Assembly (NCBI GenBank): GCA_020429915.1
Contig: JAGQKV010000002.1
Span: forward strand, 256,061-320,060
Reading direction: 5' to 3'
DNA: 64,000 bases
Source of the DNA: Candidatus Omnitrophota bacterium
GTDB taxonomy: Bacteria > Omnitrophota > Gorgyraeia > Zapsychrales > Zapsychraceae
Below are positions 38,065 through 47,210 of the stretch, one piece after another. The notes under the pieces are model-generated. The model was not told the origin of the DNA and did not search any database. It was given only the letters and a program-made list of their open reading frames with translations. The position numbers and the translations under genes were made by a program. Within the stretch, counting starts at the first letter, position 1. Each line of letters starts with the position of its first letter.

Positions 38065-38897
38065 TATTTTTCCGCTATGGAAAGGATCAGATCGCGAAAG
38101 TCAGGCAATCGGGCGCTGATGGCCGCCTTGCCTCCTGTCATCTTGACGAATATCTGTGACCGGCCGCGGTCGATGATCGCGGCGATCATGCTGGGTGCGT
38201 CGGCCGGCGCGTCCGATTGCAGGGTGGTCAGGTCGACCAGCGTCAAGCTCAGCCCGGACGCGGTCGTGAGTTGTTCCTGTTCGGCCAGAAAACGCTGTAG
38301 ATCTGCATCGTTGACTGAAATATTGACTTGCCTTAACCAACGACCGACATTGGCCTGAAGACCGCCCGCGCTCCCACCAAGACTGATGATCGAAGTCTCG
38401 GTCGGTCCGACGCCTCCCGTCGTGGTGAACGTCGCGAGCCGCAAACCGCTTCCCTTCTGTTCCGACCAGCCGGCCGGTGTTTGCCAGACTAACGGGGAAC
38501 GGTCGACCGACTGTTCCAGTTCGGGGGTGACCGGCATCGTGCTCATGCTCATACCGCTCCCTGAATTCGCCGAAGATTGAGCCTGCAGTCCGGCGTGAAT
38601 GGCGTCATCCGGCATGGTGCGGCCGGCCAGGCCCGCGTGGATCTCGTCCTGGGGCATGTCGCCGGATCCCATGAGCCCGGAATGAATGGCATCTTGCGGC
38701 ATTTTATTTGGATCCAGCCCGGCATGGATGGCGTCCTGGGGCATGGATTTGTCCCCGGAGCGCATGGCATGCGGAGGAATCTGCGAACGGTCGGATTCGA
38801 TAAAGATCTCTTCGTAGTGCCGTGTGAGGGTGGGCTGGCCGCATCCGGATACAAGAAAGACAGCGACCAATGCAATATTTCGTCGAAAATTAGTCAT
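38064..38897 (-). CDS. lipoprotein with four tandem MPQDAIHAGL-type repeats
   Basis: 277 aa; lipobox VFLVSGC; repeats MPQDAIHAGLDPNK/MPQDAIHSGLMGSGD/MPQDEIHAGLAGRT/MPDDAIHAGLQAQ; C-terminal ~150 aa Gly/Thr-rich domain; stop abuts ccsB start. Confidence 0.65.
   Translation of the reverse strand: MTNFRRNIALVAVFLVSGCGQPTLTRHYEEIFIESDRSQIPPHAMRSGDKSMPQDAIHAGLDPNKMPQDAIHSGLMGSGDMPQDEIHAGLAGRTMPDDAIHAGLQAQSSANSGSGMSMSTMPVTPELEQSVDRSPLVWQTPAGWSEQKGSGLRLATFTTTGGVGPTETSIISLGGSAGGLQANVGRWLRQVNISVNDADLQRFLAEQEQLTTASGLSLTLVDLTTLQSDAPADAPSMIAAIIDRGRSQIFVKMTGGKAAISARLPDFRDLILSIAEK
38560..38770 (-). repeat. tandem ~42-45 nt coding repeats (4x) encoding the MPQDAIHAGL motif
   Basis: plus-strand copies ...GCCCGCGTGGATCTCGTCCTGGGGCAT / GCCCGGAATGAATGGCATCTTGCGGCAT / GCCCGGCATGGATGGCGTCCTGGGGCAT...; diverged at synonymous sites. 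Confidence 0.6.
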
Positions 38898-38907
38898 GGA
38901 ATTAAAA

Positions 38908-40425
38908 TCAGTTGCCGGTGTGACAGTCCGTACAGCTCATGTCTTCCCACAATCCGTCGTCCTCAAACGGATGAGTAAAGCCGAGCCCCCGGGTATCCCG
39001 TTCAAGATTGTCGGGCGGTCCCTGCTCTATAATGGAGTGACAGACAGTACAGTCTTTGGTGATGACCGCTCCGTCACTGCTGGTGTGCTCTCCGTCGTGG
39101 CAGCGGAAACATCCGGGAGCCACGAGATGGCCGATATTGTCCGGGTAGGCATCCCACCGGGCTTTCATTTCAGGGAACATGCTATTCTGGAACATTTTTT
39201 GCACGGATGCAACTGCTTTCTTGACCTGAGGCTCCCGGGTGGCAAAATTATCTCCCAATTCCTCACGGTAATGGGTTGTCAACTCCGTGTCAATCGTCTC
39301 CAAGGCTTCCGTTTCGCTTGTGTATTCCTTGGATAGCAATTCCATGGCTTTGCTTTTGATGCCCGGCAATTCAGGGTCGATCTCATTTGAGGCCATGGCC
39401 TGATTGAGGAGGCGGCTGGGATAGGGATAACGGTGTGTGGGGCGGTTGTGGCAATCCATACAATCCATTTTATGAATAACTTCCGCGGGCGGAGGCGTAT
39501 CCTTCCATTTGGAATCTTCAGAGGTGTAAACGGTCTCTTTTCCGTCTTTGTCCACGCTCTTCACCCACGTGACTTCCTGCAGACGCTCATCCTCGGCGGC
39601 AAAATAAATATCGTTGTCAATGTACATGTGCTTGTGAATTCCGCTGCCTTTTTCCGGCGTGCCGCCGACGTGAACCAGCATCCGTAGCAACCAGCTCGGA
39701 TGTTCGCTGTCGTATGCCGTGAAATATGTCTTGTTCATCTCGACGGAGGTGTACGATTTGCCCGGCCAATGGCAACGTTCACAAGTCTCCTCAGCGGGGC
39801 GCAGATTATGGACAGGGGTAGCGATCGGTCGGGAATAGTCGCCTTTGATCGTATGGTACACCTGCCGAATCCCCGAGATCTTGGCGCGGACATACCACTC
39901 CGCCCCTTCTCCGATGTGGCACTCCACGCACTTGACCCGGGCATGCGGGGAATTGATGTAGGTGGTGTGTTCGGGTTTCATCACATCGTGGCACATCAGA
40001 CCGCAAAAGGCCACCGACTCGGTGTACTGATAAGCCTTGTACGTGCCGATGGCCGTCATGATCAGCAGGATACCTGTGCCGAGGATAAAGACAAATATCG
40101 CATTGCGGTGGGACGGAACACTCGGGTCGATCCTGATCGGCCCCGGTTTGGACGCGGATTTCCCTTTCAGAACAGCCCGGCGTTTCAACAAGGCGCCCAC
40201 CGGAATCAGAAGCAGGCCGATGATCAGGAAAACGGGCAGAATCGCGTAGGTCAGTATCCCCAGATAGAGATTCTGACCGTGCGAGAAGAATTCAAAGGCG
40301 AACATCAACAACTCGACGATAAAAAAGAAAATCGCAATCAGAACGCCGATATACGTCGTCCAGTTGTAGAAATAGACCGAGAACTTTTGTTTGGGTGTCG
40401 GCACGTCCGCCGGTTGCTTACTCAA
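38908..40425 (-). CDS. inner-membrane multiheme c-type cytochrome, ImcH-like (7 heme motifs)
   Basis: 505 aa; two N-terminal TM helices; heme sites CGLMCH(CX3CH), CVECH, CERCH, CMDCH, CFRCH, CTVCH, CTDCH. Confidence 0.75.
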   Translation of the reverse strand: MSKQPADVPTPKQKFSVYFYNWTTYIGVLIAIFFFIVELLMFAFEFFSHGQNLYLGILTYAILPVFLIIGLLLIPVGALLKRRAVLKGKSASKPGPIRIDPSVPSHRNAIFVFILGTGILLIMTAIGTYKAYQYTESVAFCGLMCHDVMKPEHTTYINSPHARVKCVECHIGEGAEWYVRAKISGIRQVYHTIKGDYSRPIATPVHNLRPAEETCERCHWPGKSYTSVEMNKTYFTAYDSEHPSWLLRMLVHVGGTPEKGSGIHKHMYIDNDIYFAAEDERLQEVTWVKSVDKDGKETVYTSEDSKWKDTPPPAEVIHKMDCMDCHNRPTHRYPYPSRLLNQAMASNEIDPELPGIKSKAMELLSKEYTSETEALETIDTELTTHYREELGDNFATREPQVKKAVASVQKMFQNSMFPEMKARWDAYPDNIGHLVAPGCFRCHDGEHTSSDGAVITKDCTVCHSIIEQGPPDNLERDTRGLGFTHPFEDDGLWEDMSCTDCHTGN

Positions 40426-40446
40426 ATACTGATCTCCCGCGGCTTA

Positions 40447-42489
40447 CTACCAGTGATAATTAAAATCAACCCAGGCCACATGCGCAATATAATTACCGAA
40501 CTCCGATACAGAGGTCGTATCGTAATGATAGTACGCATAGTGCGGCTCGACCGACCAGTTTTTGTCCCGGGGAGCGTAGCTCATCGTGACTTCCGCCGTG
40601 TAGTAATCGTTGGATGCGGCCAGCGGCAGAGAGGAACTGGTAAAGTCGTTAAAATTGTCGGTAAACGTCTTGGCCACCGCCGCGGTGATCGACCACTCGT
40701 CCGTCGGCACATAGCTGGTGCTTACCAGCAGGCTTTGTAAGTCCGCGCTGAAACCGGGCAACACCGCCGGACTGGAACTAGATGCTGCCGGCGTGGTCGT
40801 GTTGGCGTCCTGGTAGGTATAAGAACCGTTAACGAATAATTCCTTCATCACCTGAACGAAAATATCATAGGTGAAGGTGTGCGAGCGGAAACGGGTCTCA
40901 ACCGTGTCCGACAGGCCCTGTACGCGGGTCTTGTACTTTTTTCCATTGAACTGGTAGCGCACCGAACTTTGCAACCATTTTAATGGTTTCCAGGTTAATT
41001 TTGTAGTGAATTCATCACCGATAACTTGGAGGGAGTCCACGAATGCGGAATTAATGGCTCCTGACGTATCAACTTCATCATCATAGTCATTATTCTCGTA
41101 CTTTCTCCGAGCCTGGAAGGTGATGTTGTAGAAACGGGACGGAATAATTCGTGTTCCCAGGGTATATTGGGCCTTCTTGGTCTTGGTTTCCGTGACCCGC
41201 TGCCAGTTGAACAGGTAATCGGAATCGCGCTGGATTTCATTGAGGTCGTTGTTCATTTCCGTTAATTCGATATCTCCGTAGATCGAGGCCTTCTCGATAC
41301 CCGTGTACTGAACGGCGAAGTTCTGGCCGAACTGCCAGAGTTTTTCGCGGGACTGGCTGTAATCGGTATCGTCAATAATACCGTCGGGTGTAGCAGGAGA
41401 GTCATCTGAGGGGTAGACTGATTCACCCTTACGCTTCATTAGCTGATTTCTGGACTTGACGGTAAAGCGCAGCGTTTTACTCAATTCGTACATATAGTGT
41501 CCAACAACGGTGTGACTGTCTACTTCATTGTATGCTTGGGCATTTACGATTTGATGTGCAAAACTGAAGTTTGTTGGAACGCCAAATTCATCGGACTCTA
41601 CAATATTCTCCACTTCCTCATTTTCGAGACTTGCATAACGGTATGCCAAATTCAGGTAGGACGTGTCCTCTTCCCCGAACCAGCGGTTGCCTTGGAATGT
41701 GGTGGTAAAGATGTCACTCTCAGGCTTCTGGTTTTGAGCCCTTTTCTTGCGTTGCGATGCGGTTGCTGCGGTGGAGAGCCAACGTTCGTAACGGGTGTTA
41801 TCTGAATCGGTCCGTTCGTAGGTCTGCTCTGCACTGACATTAAACCCGGCGATTTCGGTTCCCCCGCGGACGCCGAAGATATCGACCTTTTCATCAATAC
41901 TTTGATAGGTCGGAGTTATTTCCTTTGCCACGGCGCCCTCCCGGGCCTCCGCCCAATTGAGCCGTGATTTTTCTCCGTCTTTCATATGGTGCTCATACCA
42001 AACGAGCAAAGTAAACTGATCTCCGATCTCCGGAGCGAAAGAGAAAAACAGTGACTGGATATCTAATTCCAAATCGCGGTTTAAATCATTGCTTTGGAGT
42101 GTGGAAAATGGATAAAAGAATCCACCCGAATCATCGTAATACTTGCGGAAGCTTTCGTATACAAATTGAAAAGCCCCGATACCGGGATTGGAATATTTAA
42201 CATTTGCTTCATGATCGTTGTCATCCGGAAGACTATGACCTTCAAAAGTAAGCATGCTGTCGTCTTCGTACTCCTTGCTGAAGAAGAGGTCTTTGATCCC
42301 TCCCGAGTAACCTTCGTCCATCCAGTGGTGGGCACGGAATTTCTTCTCGTCGCCTTTTACTTCCACATTCTTAGCTGGAGTAACGGTGATGGAAAACTCT
42401 TCGCCTTCCGCCGCCTCCGCCGGGGAATTCGGCAATACCGCGGCCCAGCCGATCAGTCCGAACAATAAGAGGAATGAAAATTTTCTCAT
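40447..42489 (-). CDS. large outer-membrane beta-barrel (porin-like) protein
   Basis: 680 aa; signal peptide (LLFGLIGWAAVLPNSPAEA); Tyr/Trp/Phe-rich alternating pattern throughout; C-terminus ...VAWVDFNYHW (aromatic terminal residue). Confidence 0.65.
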   Translation of the reverse strand: MRKFSFLLLFGLIGWAAVLPNSPAEAAEGEEFSITVTPAKNVEVKGDEKKFRAHHWMDEGYSGGIKDLFFSKEYEDDSMLTFEGHSLPDDNDHEANVKYSNPGIGAFQFVYESFRKYYDDSGGFFYPFSTLQSNDLNRDLELDIQSLFFSFAPEIGDQFTLLVWYEHHMKDGEKSRLNWAEAREGAVAKEITPTYQSIDEKVDIFGVRGGTEIAGFNVSAEQTYERTDSDNTRYERWLSTAATASQRKKRAQNQKPESDIFTTTFQGNRWFGEEDTSYLNLAYRYASLENEEVENIVESDEFGVPTNFSFAHQIVNAQAYNEVDSHTVVGHYMYELSKTLRFTVKSRNQLMKRKGESVYPSDDSPATPDGIIDDTDYSQSREKLWQFGQNFAVQYTGIEKASIYGDIELTEMNNDLNEIQRDSDYLFNWQRVTETKTKKAQYTLGTRIIPSRFYNITFQARRKYENNDYDDEVDTSGAINSAFVDSLQVIGDEFTTKLTWKPLKWLQSSVRYQFNGKKYKTRVQGLSDTVETRFRSHTFTYDIFVQVMKELFVNGSYTYQDANTTTPAASSSSPAVLPGFSADLQSLLVSTSYVPTDEWSITAAVAKTFTDNFNDFTSSSLPLAASNDYYTAEVTMSYAPRDKNWSVEPHYAYYHYDTTSVSEFGNYIAHVAWVDFNYHW

Positions 42490-42504
42490 GATGAGCTCCT
42501 TCTA

Positions 42505-43272
42505 CTAGTATCGTAAGTGGTCATCAAAATTTGAACCGTGGATAGCCGTATGGCAGCCTCCACTGAAGCACGTTCCCCGCGTCAGGCGGCCGCTGTGATT
42601 GGAATCCCCGATACTCGGAAAATTCATTTGGGTGTGGCAGCGCAAACAAAGGTTGTTATCACGGACTTTCAACATCTTGTCGTGAATCGAACCGTGCACC
42701 TTGTGACATGTGGTGCAGCCTTCACCGACGGCTTCGTGCTCAAAGACGAACGGACCGCGCTGTTCCTTGTGACATTGAAAACACTTGCCGTTGACCCCGT
42801 CGAGTGAGGTGCTGGTCCAGGGTTGGGCATCGGTGCCGTGGGAATTATGGCAGTCGGCACAGGCCATCTTTCCTTCCATGACCGGATGGCGGAACGGCAG
42901 GCGAAACTCGGCTTGCTTATCGAGGTGACAAGAAAAACAGAGTTCCGGATTGCGGCGCGGGTTGAAGATATTGTCTTTCCCGCCCCCTTCTTCAACGTGG
43001 ACGCTACCGGGCCCGTGGCACATTTCACAGCCTTGCGGCTCCCCACTGTCGTCTGCAAAGCTGATCCGTGAATGCGTCGATAGTTTGAATTCCCGTTCCT
43101 GGTCCTCATGGCAGGCAACACACATGTCGCTGCCGACGTACTCTGCTCCTTCCACTTCGCTGAAGAGTTTTTGCAACGAGGCCGCCTCAACGGCCGTCGA
43201 GGTCAGTGTGAGCGTTCCCAGTAAGCCGGCAACAGCGCACAACTGTATGAGGATGGGTTTAAAGTGGCTCAT
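42505..43272 (-). CDS. periplasmic multiheme c-type cytochrome (~8 hemes)
   Basis: Start trimmed to MSHFKPILIQLCAVAGLLG (signal peptide; the track ORF extends to 43305). Heme motifs: CVACH, CEMCH, CFSCH, CADCH, CFQCH, CTTCH, CLRCH plus CFSGGCH (CX4CH). Confidence 0.8.
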   Translation of the reverse strand: MSHFKPILIQLCAVAGLLGTLTLTSTAVEAASLQKLFSEVEGAEYVGSDMCVACHEDQEREFKLSTHSRISFADDSGEPQGCEMCHGPGSVHVEEGGGKDNIFNPRRNPELCFSCHLDKQAEFRLPFRHPVMEGKMACADCHNSHGTDAQPWTSTSLDGVNGKCFQCHKEQRGPFVFEHEAVGEGCTTCHKVHGSIHDKMLKVRDNNLCLRCHTQMNFPSIGDSNHSGRLTRGTCFSGGCHTAIHGSNFDDHLRY

Positions 43273-43308
43273 AAGGCGGCTCCTTTCTACGTTTCTCCTG
43301 GACAATAT

Positions 43309-43851
43309 TTATTCTCCTGATGCCTCTTGGGTGGCATTCAGGGCGTATTCCGGTGTCTTGTCGGCAAGCATCGTCTTGACTTCCTCCGTTGCAGCCGCGG
43401 TTTCGGTGACCATCGTCTGTGTTTGTTTGACCATTTCCTGTGTTTGAGAAACCATATCCTTGGTTTCTTCCACTAAATCGCGCGTTTCTTCGACCAGACG
43501 TGCCGTCTCCGCAGTTGTTTTTCCGGCGTTTTCAGCAGGAGTGAGAGCCGACATATCGTCTCCGGCCTCGGCGGCGGCTTCAAAATCTTCATGGCTGCCA
43601 ACTCCGCGGATCATTTCTTCGGTCAATGCCTCTCCATTCATCAATTCCTGCAACTTTTGTCCATAGGCATTGAGGTCATGTTTGCCGTCGTCTTTTTTCG
43701 GTTTTTCATCCACATGGCAGTAGCTACATTTCGGTTTGTAATCAGGATAGACTTCCCGGTACGCCTTGAGTTGTTTCACATTAGCCTGCGCCACGGGTAC
43801 GACGGCGGCGAATATGAACAGGACGGCGAAGGCTATTGATAATTTCTTCAT
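43309..43851 (-). CDS. monoheme cytochrome c with C-terminal Thr/Glu-rich repeat tail
   Basis: 180 aa; signal peptide; single CSYCH; C-terminal repeats (ETRDLVEETKDMVSQTQEMVKQTQTMVTE). Confidence 0.7.
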   Translation of the reverse strand: MKKLSIAFAVLFIFAAVVPVAQANVKQLKAYREVYPDYKPKCSYCHVDEKPKKDDGKHDLNAYGQKLQELMNGEALTEEMIRGVGSHEDFEAAAEAGDDMSALTPAENAGKTTAETARLVEETRDLVEETKDMVSQTQEMVKQTQTMVTETAAATEEVKTMLADKTPEYALNATQEASGE

Positions 43852-43861
43852 GGTATCTCCT

Positions 43862-44935
43862 TTATAGGGAAAGCACGGCTTTCCGTTGTTGACTGTCTTT
43901 TTCTTTGTTGTTCAAATATTGAGAACGCGTCGAGAGTTTGCGGTAAAACTCCCGAATCTTAGCGGTAATAATCTTCTCCACTTCATAAGCGGCGGCCAGC
44001 CGTTTGCGGACGTTATAGGCCACGACCCGGTCCAATTCATCGACACCGACCAATGTCACGCCCGGAATGTCTGCGGTCGCCGGATCGATGTTGCGTGGAA
44101 CGGATAAATCAATCAAGAGCAACCCCTTGTCGCGTTGGCGGCATGCCGTCTTAACAGTTTCCCTGTCAATGAGATAATATGGCGCGCTTGAAGAGCAAAT
44201 ACAGATATCCACGCGGGGCAGGACTTGAGCCAGGTCTTCCAACGGCAGGGTCGCGGCGCCGAAAGTTTCCGCCAGCTGCTCCCCTTTGCTGCGGGTACGA
44301 TTCATGACGTAAACCTTTTCGGCGCCCTTGCGCTTGAGGTCGCCGATCGCCAGGCGGCTCATTTTGCCGGCGCCGATAATCAGTACGGAACTATGTCTGA
44401 GCTCGGGAACGGTTTTCCGGATCAATTCGACGGCTGCCCAGCTGACGGAAACACCACCGCGACCGATCTCCGTTTGATTTCGGGCGAGTTTTCCGGTCCG
44501 GATTGTGAGATTAAATAATATGTTCAAAAAGGGCCCCGTCATCCGGTGTGTGCGTGCAAGTTCGATCGCGGCCTTGACTTGTCCTAGAATTTCCTTTTCC
44601 CCGATAATCAGTGAGTCGAGACCGGCGGCAACCCGTAGCAGGTGGCGGATCGCTTTTTCACCGGAATAGGCATAAAAACAATTCAAATCGGTTTCGGGAT
44701 CGTGGACGCCCTTAACGTGGCACAGCAGTTCTAAAAGGAGGTGCGGTTGGTTTACGGTGAGTACGGCGTAGATTTCCGTGCGGTTACAGGTGGAAATGAT
44801 GATGGCTTCGTTGACGCTCGGGCAAGCCTGGAACTCGTCTAAGAGCATGTCTTTGTCAGCTGGATGAAGATAGTATTTTTCACGGATGTCCACCGGGCAT
44901 GTCCGATGACTGATCCCCATGCATATGACGTACAT
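43862..44935 (-). CDS. hemA: glutamyl-tRNA reductase
   Basis: Start trimmed to MYVICMGISHRTCPVDIREKYY (GGGGAG Shine-Dalgarno site); catalytic Cys region, NADPH-binding GAGKMS Rossmann motif, C-terminal dimerisation helix. Confidence 0.85.
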   Translation of the reverse strand: MYVICMGISHRTCPVDIREKYYLHPADKDMLLDEFQACPSVNEAIIISTCNRTEIYAVLTVNQPHLLLELLCHVKGVHDPETDLNCFYAYSGEKAIRHLLRVAAGLDSLIIGEKEILGQVKAAIELARTHRMTGPFLNILFNLTIRTGKLARNQTEIGRGGVSVSWAAVELIRKTVPELRHSSVLIIGAGKMSRLAIGDLKRKGAEKVYVMNRTRSKGEQLAETFGAATLPLEDLAQVLPRVDICICSSSAPYYLIDRETVKTACRQRDKGLLLIDLSVPRNIDPATADIPGVTLVGVDELDRVVAYNVRKRLAAAYEVEKIITAKIREFYRKLSTRSQYLNNKEKDSQQRKAVLSL

Positions 44936-45047
44936 GGTATACTCCCCCGAGTTTGTTAACTTTGGCTTCATTATAAGCATGAAAATGCTATAATTAAAAT
45001 TATATTTTCTTAAATTAACGATTAAATTTTCTAATACCTAAGGAACG

Positions 45048-45938
45048 GTGATGGTTAATATTCATTTTCTCAAGACGTTCATCAGCCTGGCCCGCACCCG
45101 TTCTTTTCAGGCGGCCGCGCGGGAGAATTCCGTCACCCAGTCCGCGGTTTCCCAGCAGATCCGTACCCTGGAGTCCCGCGTTATGAAACCACTGATCCTC
45201 CGCGCCGGAAAAAAGCTGGAATTAACGCCGGAGGGAACCATTTTTTTGGAGTATGCCGAGAATATCGTCAACCAATATGAAGAGGCCGTCCACAAACTCG
45301 CATGCAGCACCGAAGAACGCAGCGGTACGGTCCGGCTGTCAACGATCTACAGCGTGGGCTTGTATCGCCTGCAACCGGTCATCAAGAAATTTCTGCGAAA
45401 GTACCGGAAAATCAATGTGCATCTCGAATATCATCACAATGATATTATTTACCAGCGCGTGCGTGAAAATGTGGATGACTTCGGATTAGTCGCCTTTCCA
45501 CATGCCACGGGGAGAATCGAGTGTCACAATTGGGCGATGGATGAGCTGGTTTTAATTCAAAACGTCCAGCGGCCGCAATTCACTGAAAAATCCGTGTCCG
45601 CGGACAAGTTGGGACAAGTTCCGTACGTGGCCCTCTCCTCAACTACGCCGACCGGCAAGGAAATCCACAAACGCTTGCGTGACCTGAATGTCAGCGTGAA
45701 TCCGGTGGCGGACTTTGAGAATGTGGAGACGCTTAAGAGCGCCGTCCATGTAGGGATGGGATGCGCCATTGTTCCGAAGAATATTCTGAAGAGTGAGACC
45801 AAGTCGGGGGCTTTTGAAATAATCAAGCTGCGTCAGTTTGAAGGCTCGCGCCCCATCGGGATCATTACCGCCAAGGATCGCCCCGAATTACCGGCGCGGC
45901 GCTTATTCCTTAAGTCCGTCTTGCGACATGTTTCGTGA
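45048..45938 (+). CDS. LysR-family transcriptional regulator
   Basis: 296 aa; N-terminal wHTH (FLKTFISLARTRSFQAAARENSVTQSAVSQQIRTLE) and C-terminal substrate-binding domain; divergent from hemA. Confidence 0.85.
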   Translation: MMVNIHFLKTFISLARTRSFQAAARENSVTQSAVSQQIRTLESRVMKPLILRAGKKLELTPEGTIFLEYAENIVNQYEEAVHKLACSTEERSGTVRLSTIYSVGLYRLQPVIKKFLRKYRKINVHLEYHHNDIIYQRVRENVDDFGLVAFPHATGRIECHNWAMDELVLIQNVQRPQFTEKSVSADKLGQVPYVALSSTTPTGKEIHKRLRDLNVSVNPVADFENVETLKSAVHVGMGCAIVPKNILKSETKSGAFEIIKLRQFEGSRPIGIITAKDRPELPARRLFLKSVLRHVS

Positions 45939-45963
45939 GACTCCCCTTGTATCCCCGACCGTT

Positions 45964-46695
45964 CTACGCGCCAGGCGGGTCCGGAATGCGCTTCATGAAA
46001 TTTACGAAACGTGCTTCCACAGTGTGAATGTCCTGACCGAAGTAATTTTCAATGGCCGGCCGCCATTCCCGCTTCCGCAGGGAACCGTAAAAATTCCAAA
46101 AGGGACCTTCCCCGTGTTCTTGCATGGCGAACGCCACAAAGGCGGCGGCCAAATTTCCTTCCTCATCGCTGCTGTAATGATCGAGAAAAATCTGATCAAG
46201 CCGCCACATCGACGGGGCTGCGCGTTTGCCTAATTGTACCAGCGGCACCTGAACCGCCCCACTGCCCGCGCGCACCGTTCTGACCTCATGCACCCGGCAG
46301 ACGCCTTCCTCAAAACGCAACGGGACCTGCGGATTCAGCCGATGAAGAAAAATATGCAGGAATTCATGCATTGAAGTCAACCGGAATTCCCGGTCATACC
46401 GAAAATGCACCTCACGCGCGGCGGCACGGGCGTAGCCCAACTTTTCGAGATGCTCGTGCAGGTACACCTTCACTTTTCCCTCAAGGCGGACCTGCGGCAA
46501 TAATCGTTCCGCCGCCCGAATGGAATCTTCGTAGTCCGCCACCACTTCTGCTAGATTCTTTTCGGCGAATGAATCTTTCTTGTAATGAATGATCAGCCGG
46601 TCGGTCTCGACGCTTTGCCATCCGCCGTTCCCGCAACCGCATAACAGAAAAATTCCGAGCGGAAGCAACACCAGGCGCACGCGAAGGCGGATCAT
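45964..46695 (-). CDS. lipoprotein with HExxH motif (paralog of 57546..58277)
   Basis: Start trimmed to MIRLRVRLVLLPLGIFLLCGCGNG (lipobox); HEFLH motif; ~35% identity to ORF 57546..58277 (TSMHEFLHIFLHRLNPQVP vs TSVHEFLFVMYSPLNPQVP). Confidence 0.55.
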   Translation of the reverse strand: MIRLRVRLVLLPLGIFLLCGCGNGGWQSVETDRLIIHYKKDSFAEKNLAEVVADYEDSIRAAERLLPQVRLEGKVKVYLHEHLEKLGYARAAAREVHFRYDREFRLTSMHEFLHIFLHRLNPQVPLRFEEGVCRVHEVRTVRAGSGAVQVPLVQLGKRAAPSMWRLDQIFLDHYSSDEEGNLAAAFVAFAMQEHGEGPFWNFYGSLRKREWRPAIENYFGQDIHTVEARFVNFMKRIPDPPGA

Positions 46696-47207
46696 GGTTG
46701 AGGAGTTTTTGGGGGTACGGCAAACCAGAACCGCTGATAATTCGGGAAGGTCAAAGTCCCGCGCAGGTCCGGCGCATCCCTGAAGATACACAGGTCGTAA
46801 TTGTAGTCTTTTTTATCCGTGACGCGGATCAATTGGCAGGGTTTTAAGGCCATCGGTTTCATCTTTTCATACTCGACAATGACCGCTTCTGCGAAGATGC
46901 GCTCGATATCAGCGTCCATCAGCAAGCGGGCCTCGAAAGGAATGAAGACTTCGGCCACGGACCCGGGTTTAATATAATCGGCGAACGGACGCCCCCATTC
47001 TTCCTGCTGTTCGGGATAGCTGTCATCTTTTCCCTGACGTTTGACCTTTTTGCCGCTTAAGATCTGCAGAAAGGCGTTCTCCATTTCCGCCTCGGTTTGG
47101 CGCATGATCGGCAACTCGGCCGCGTGAAGGTTTTCAACAGTCACGGTGAAATCAGCCAATACAAAAAGGATGATTAAAAACGAACGTGCGAAACAGATTG
47201 TCGGCAT
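46692..47207 (-). CDS. hypothetical secreted protein
   Basis: 171 aa; signal peptide; 4-nt overlap with the downstream lipoprotein gene. Confidence 0.45.
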   Translation of the reverse strand: MPTICFARSFLIILFVLADFTVTVENLHAAELPIMRQTEAEMENAFLQILSGKKVKRQGKDDSYPEQQEEWGRPFADYIKPGSVAEVFIPFEARLLMDADIERIFAEAVIVEYEKMKPMALKPCQLIRVTDKKDYNYDLCIFRDAPDLRGTLTFPNYQRFWFAVPPKTPQP

Positions 47208-47210
47208 AGT

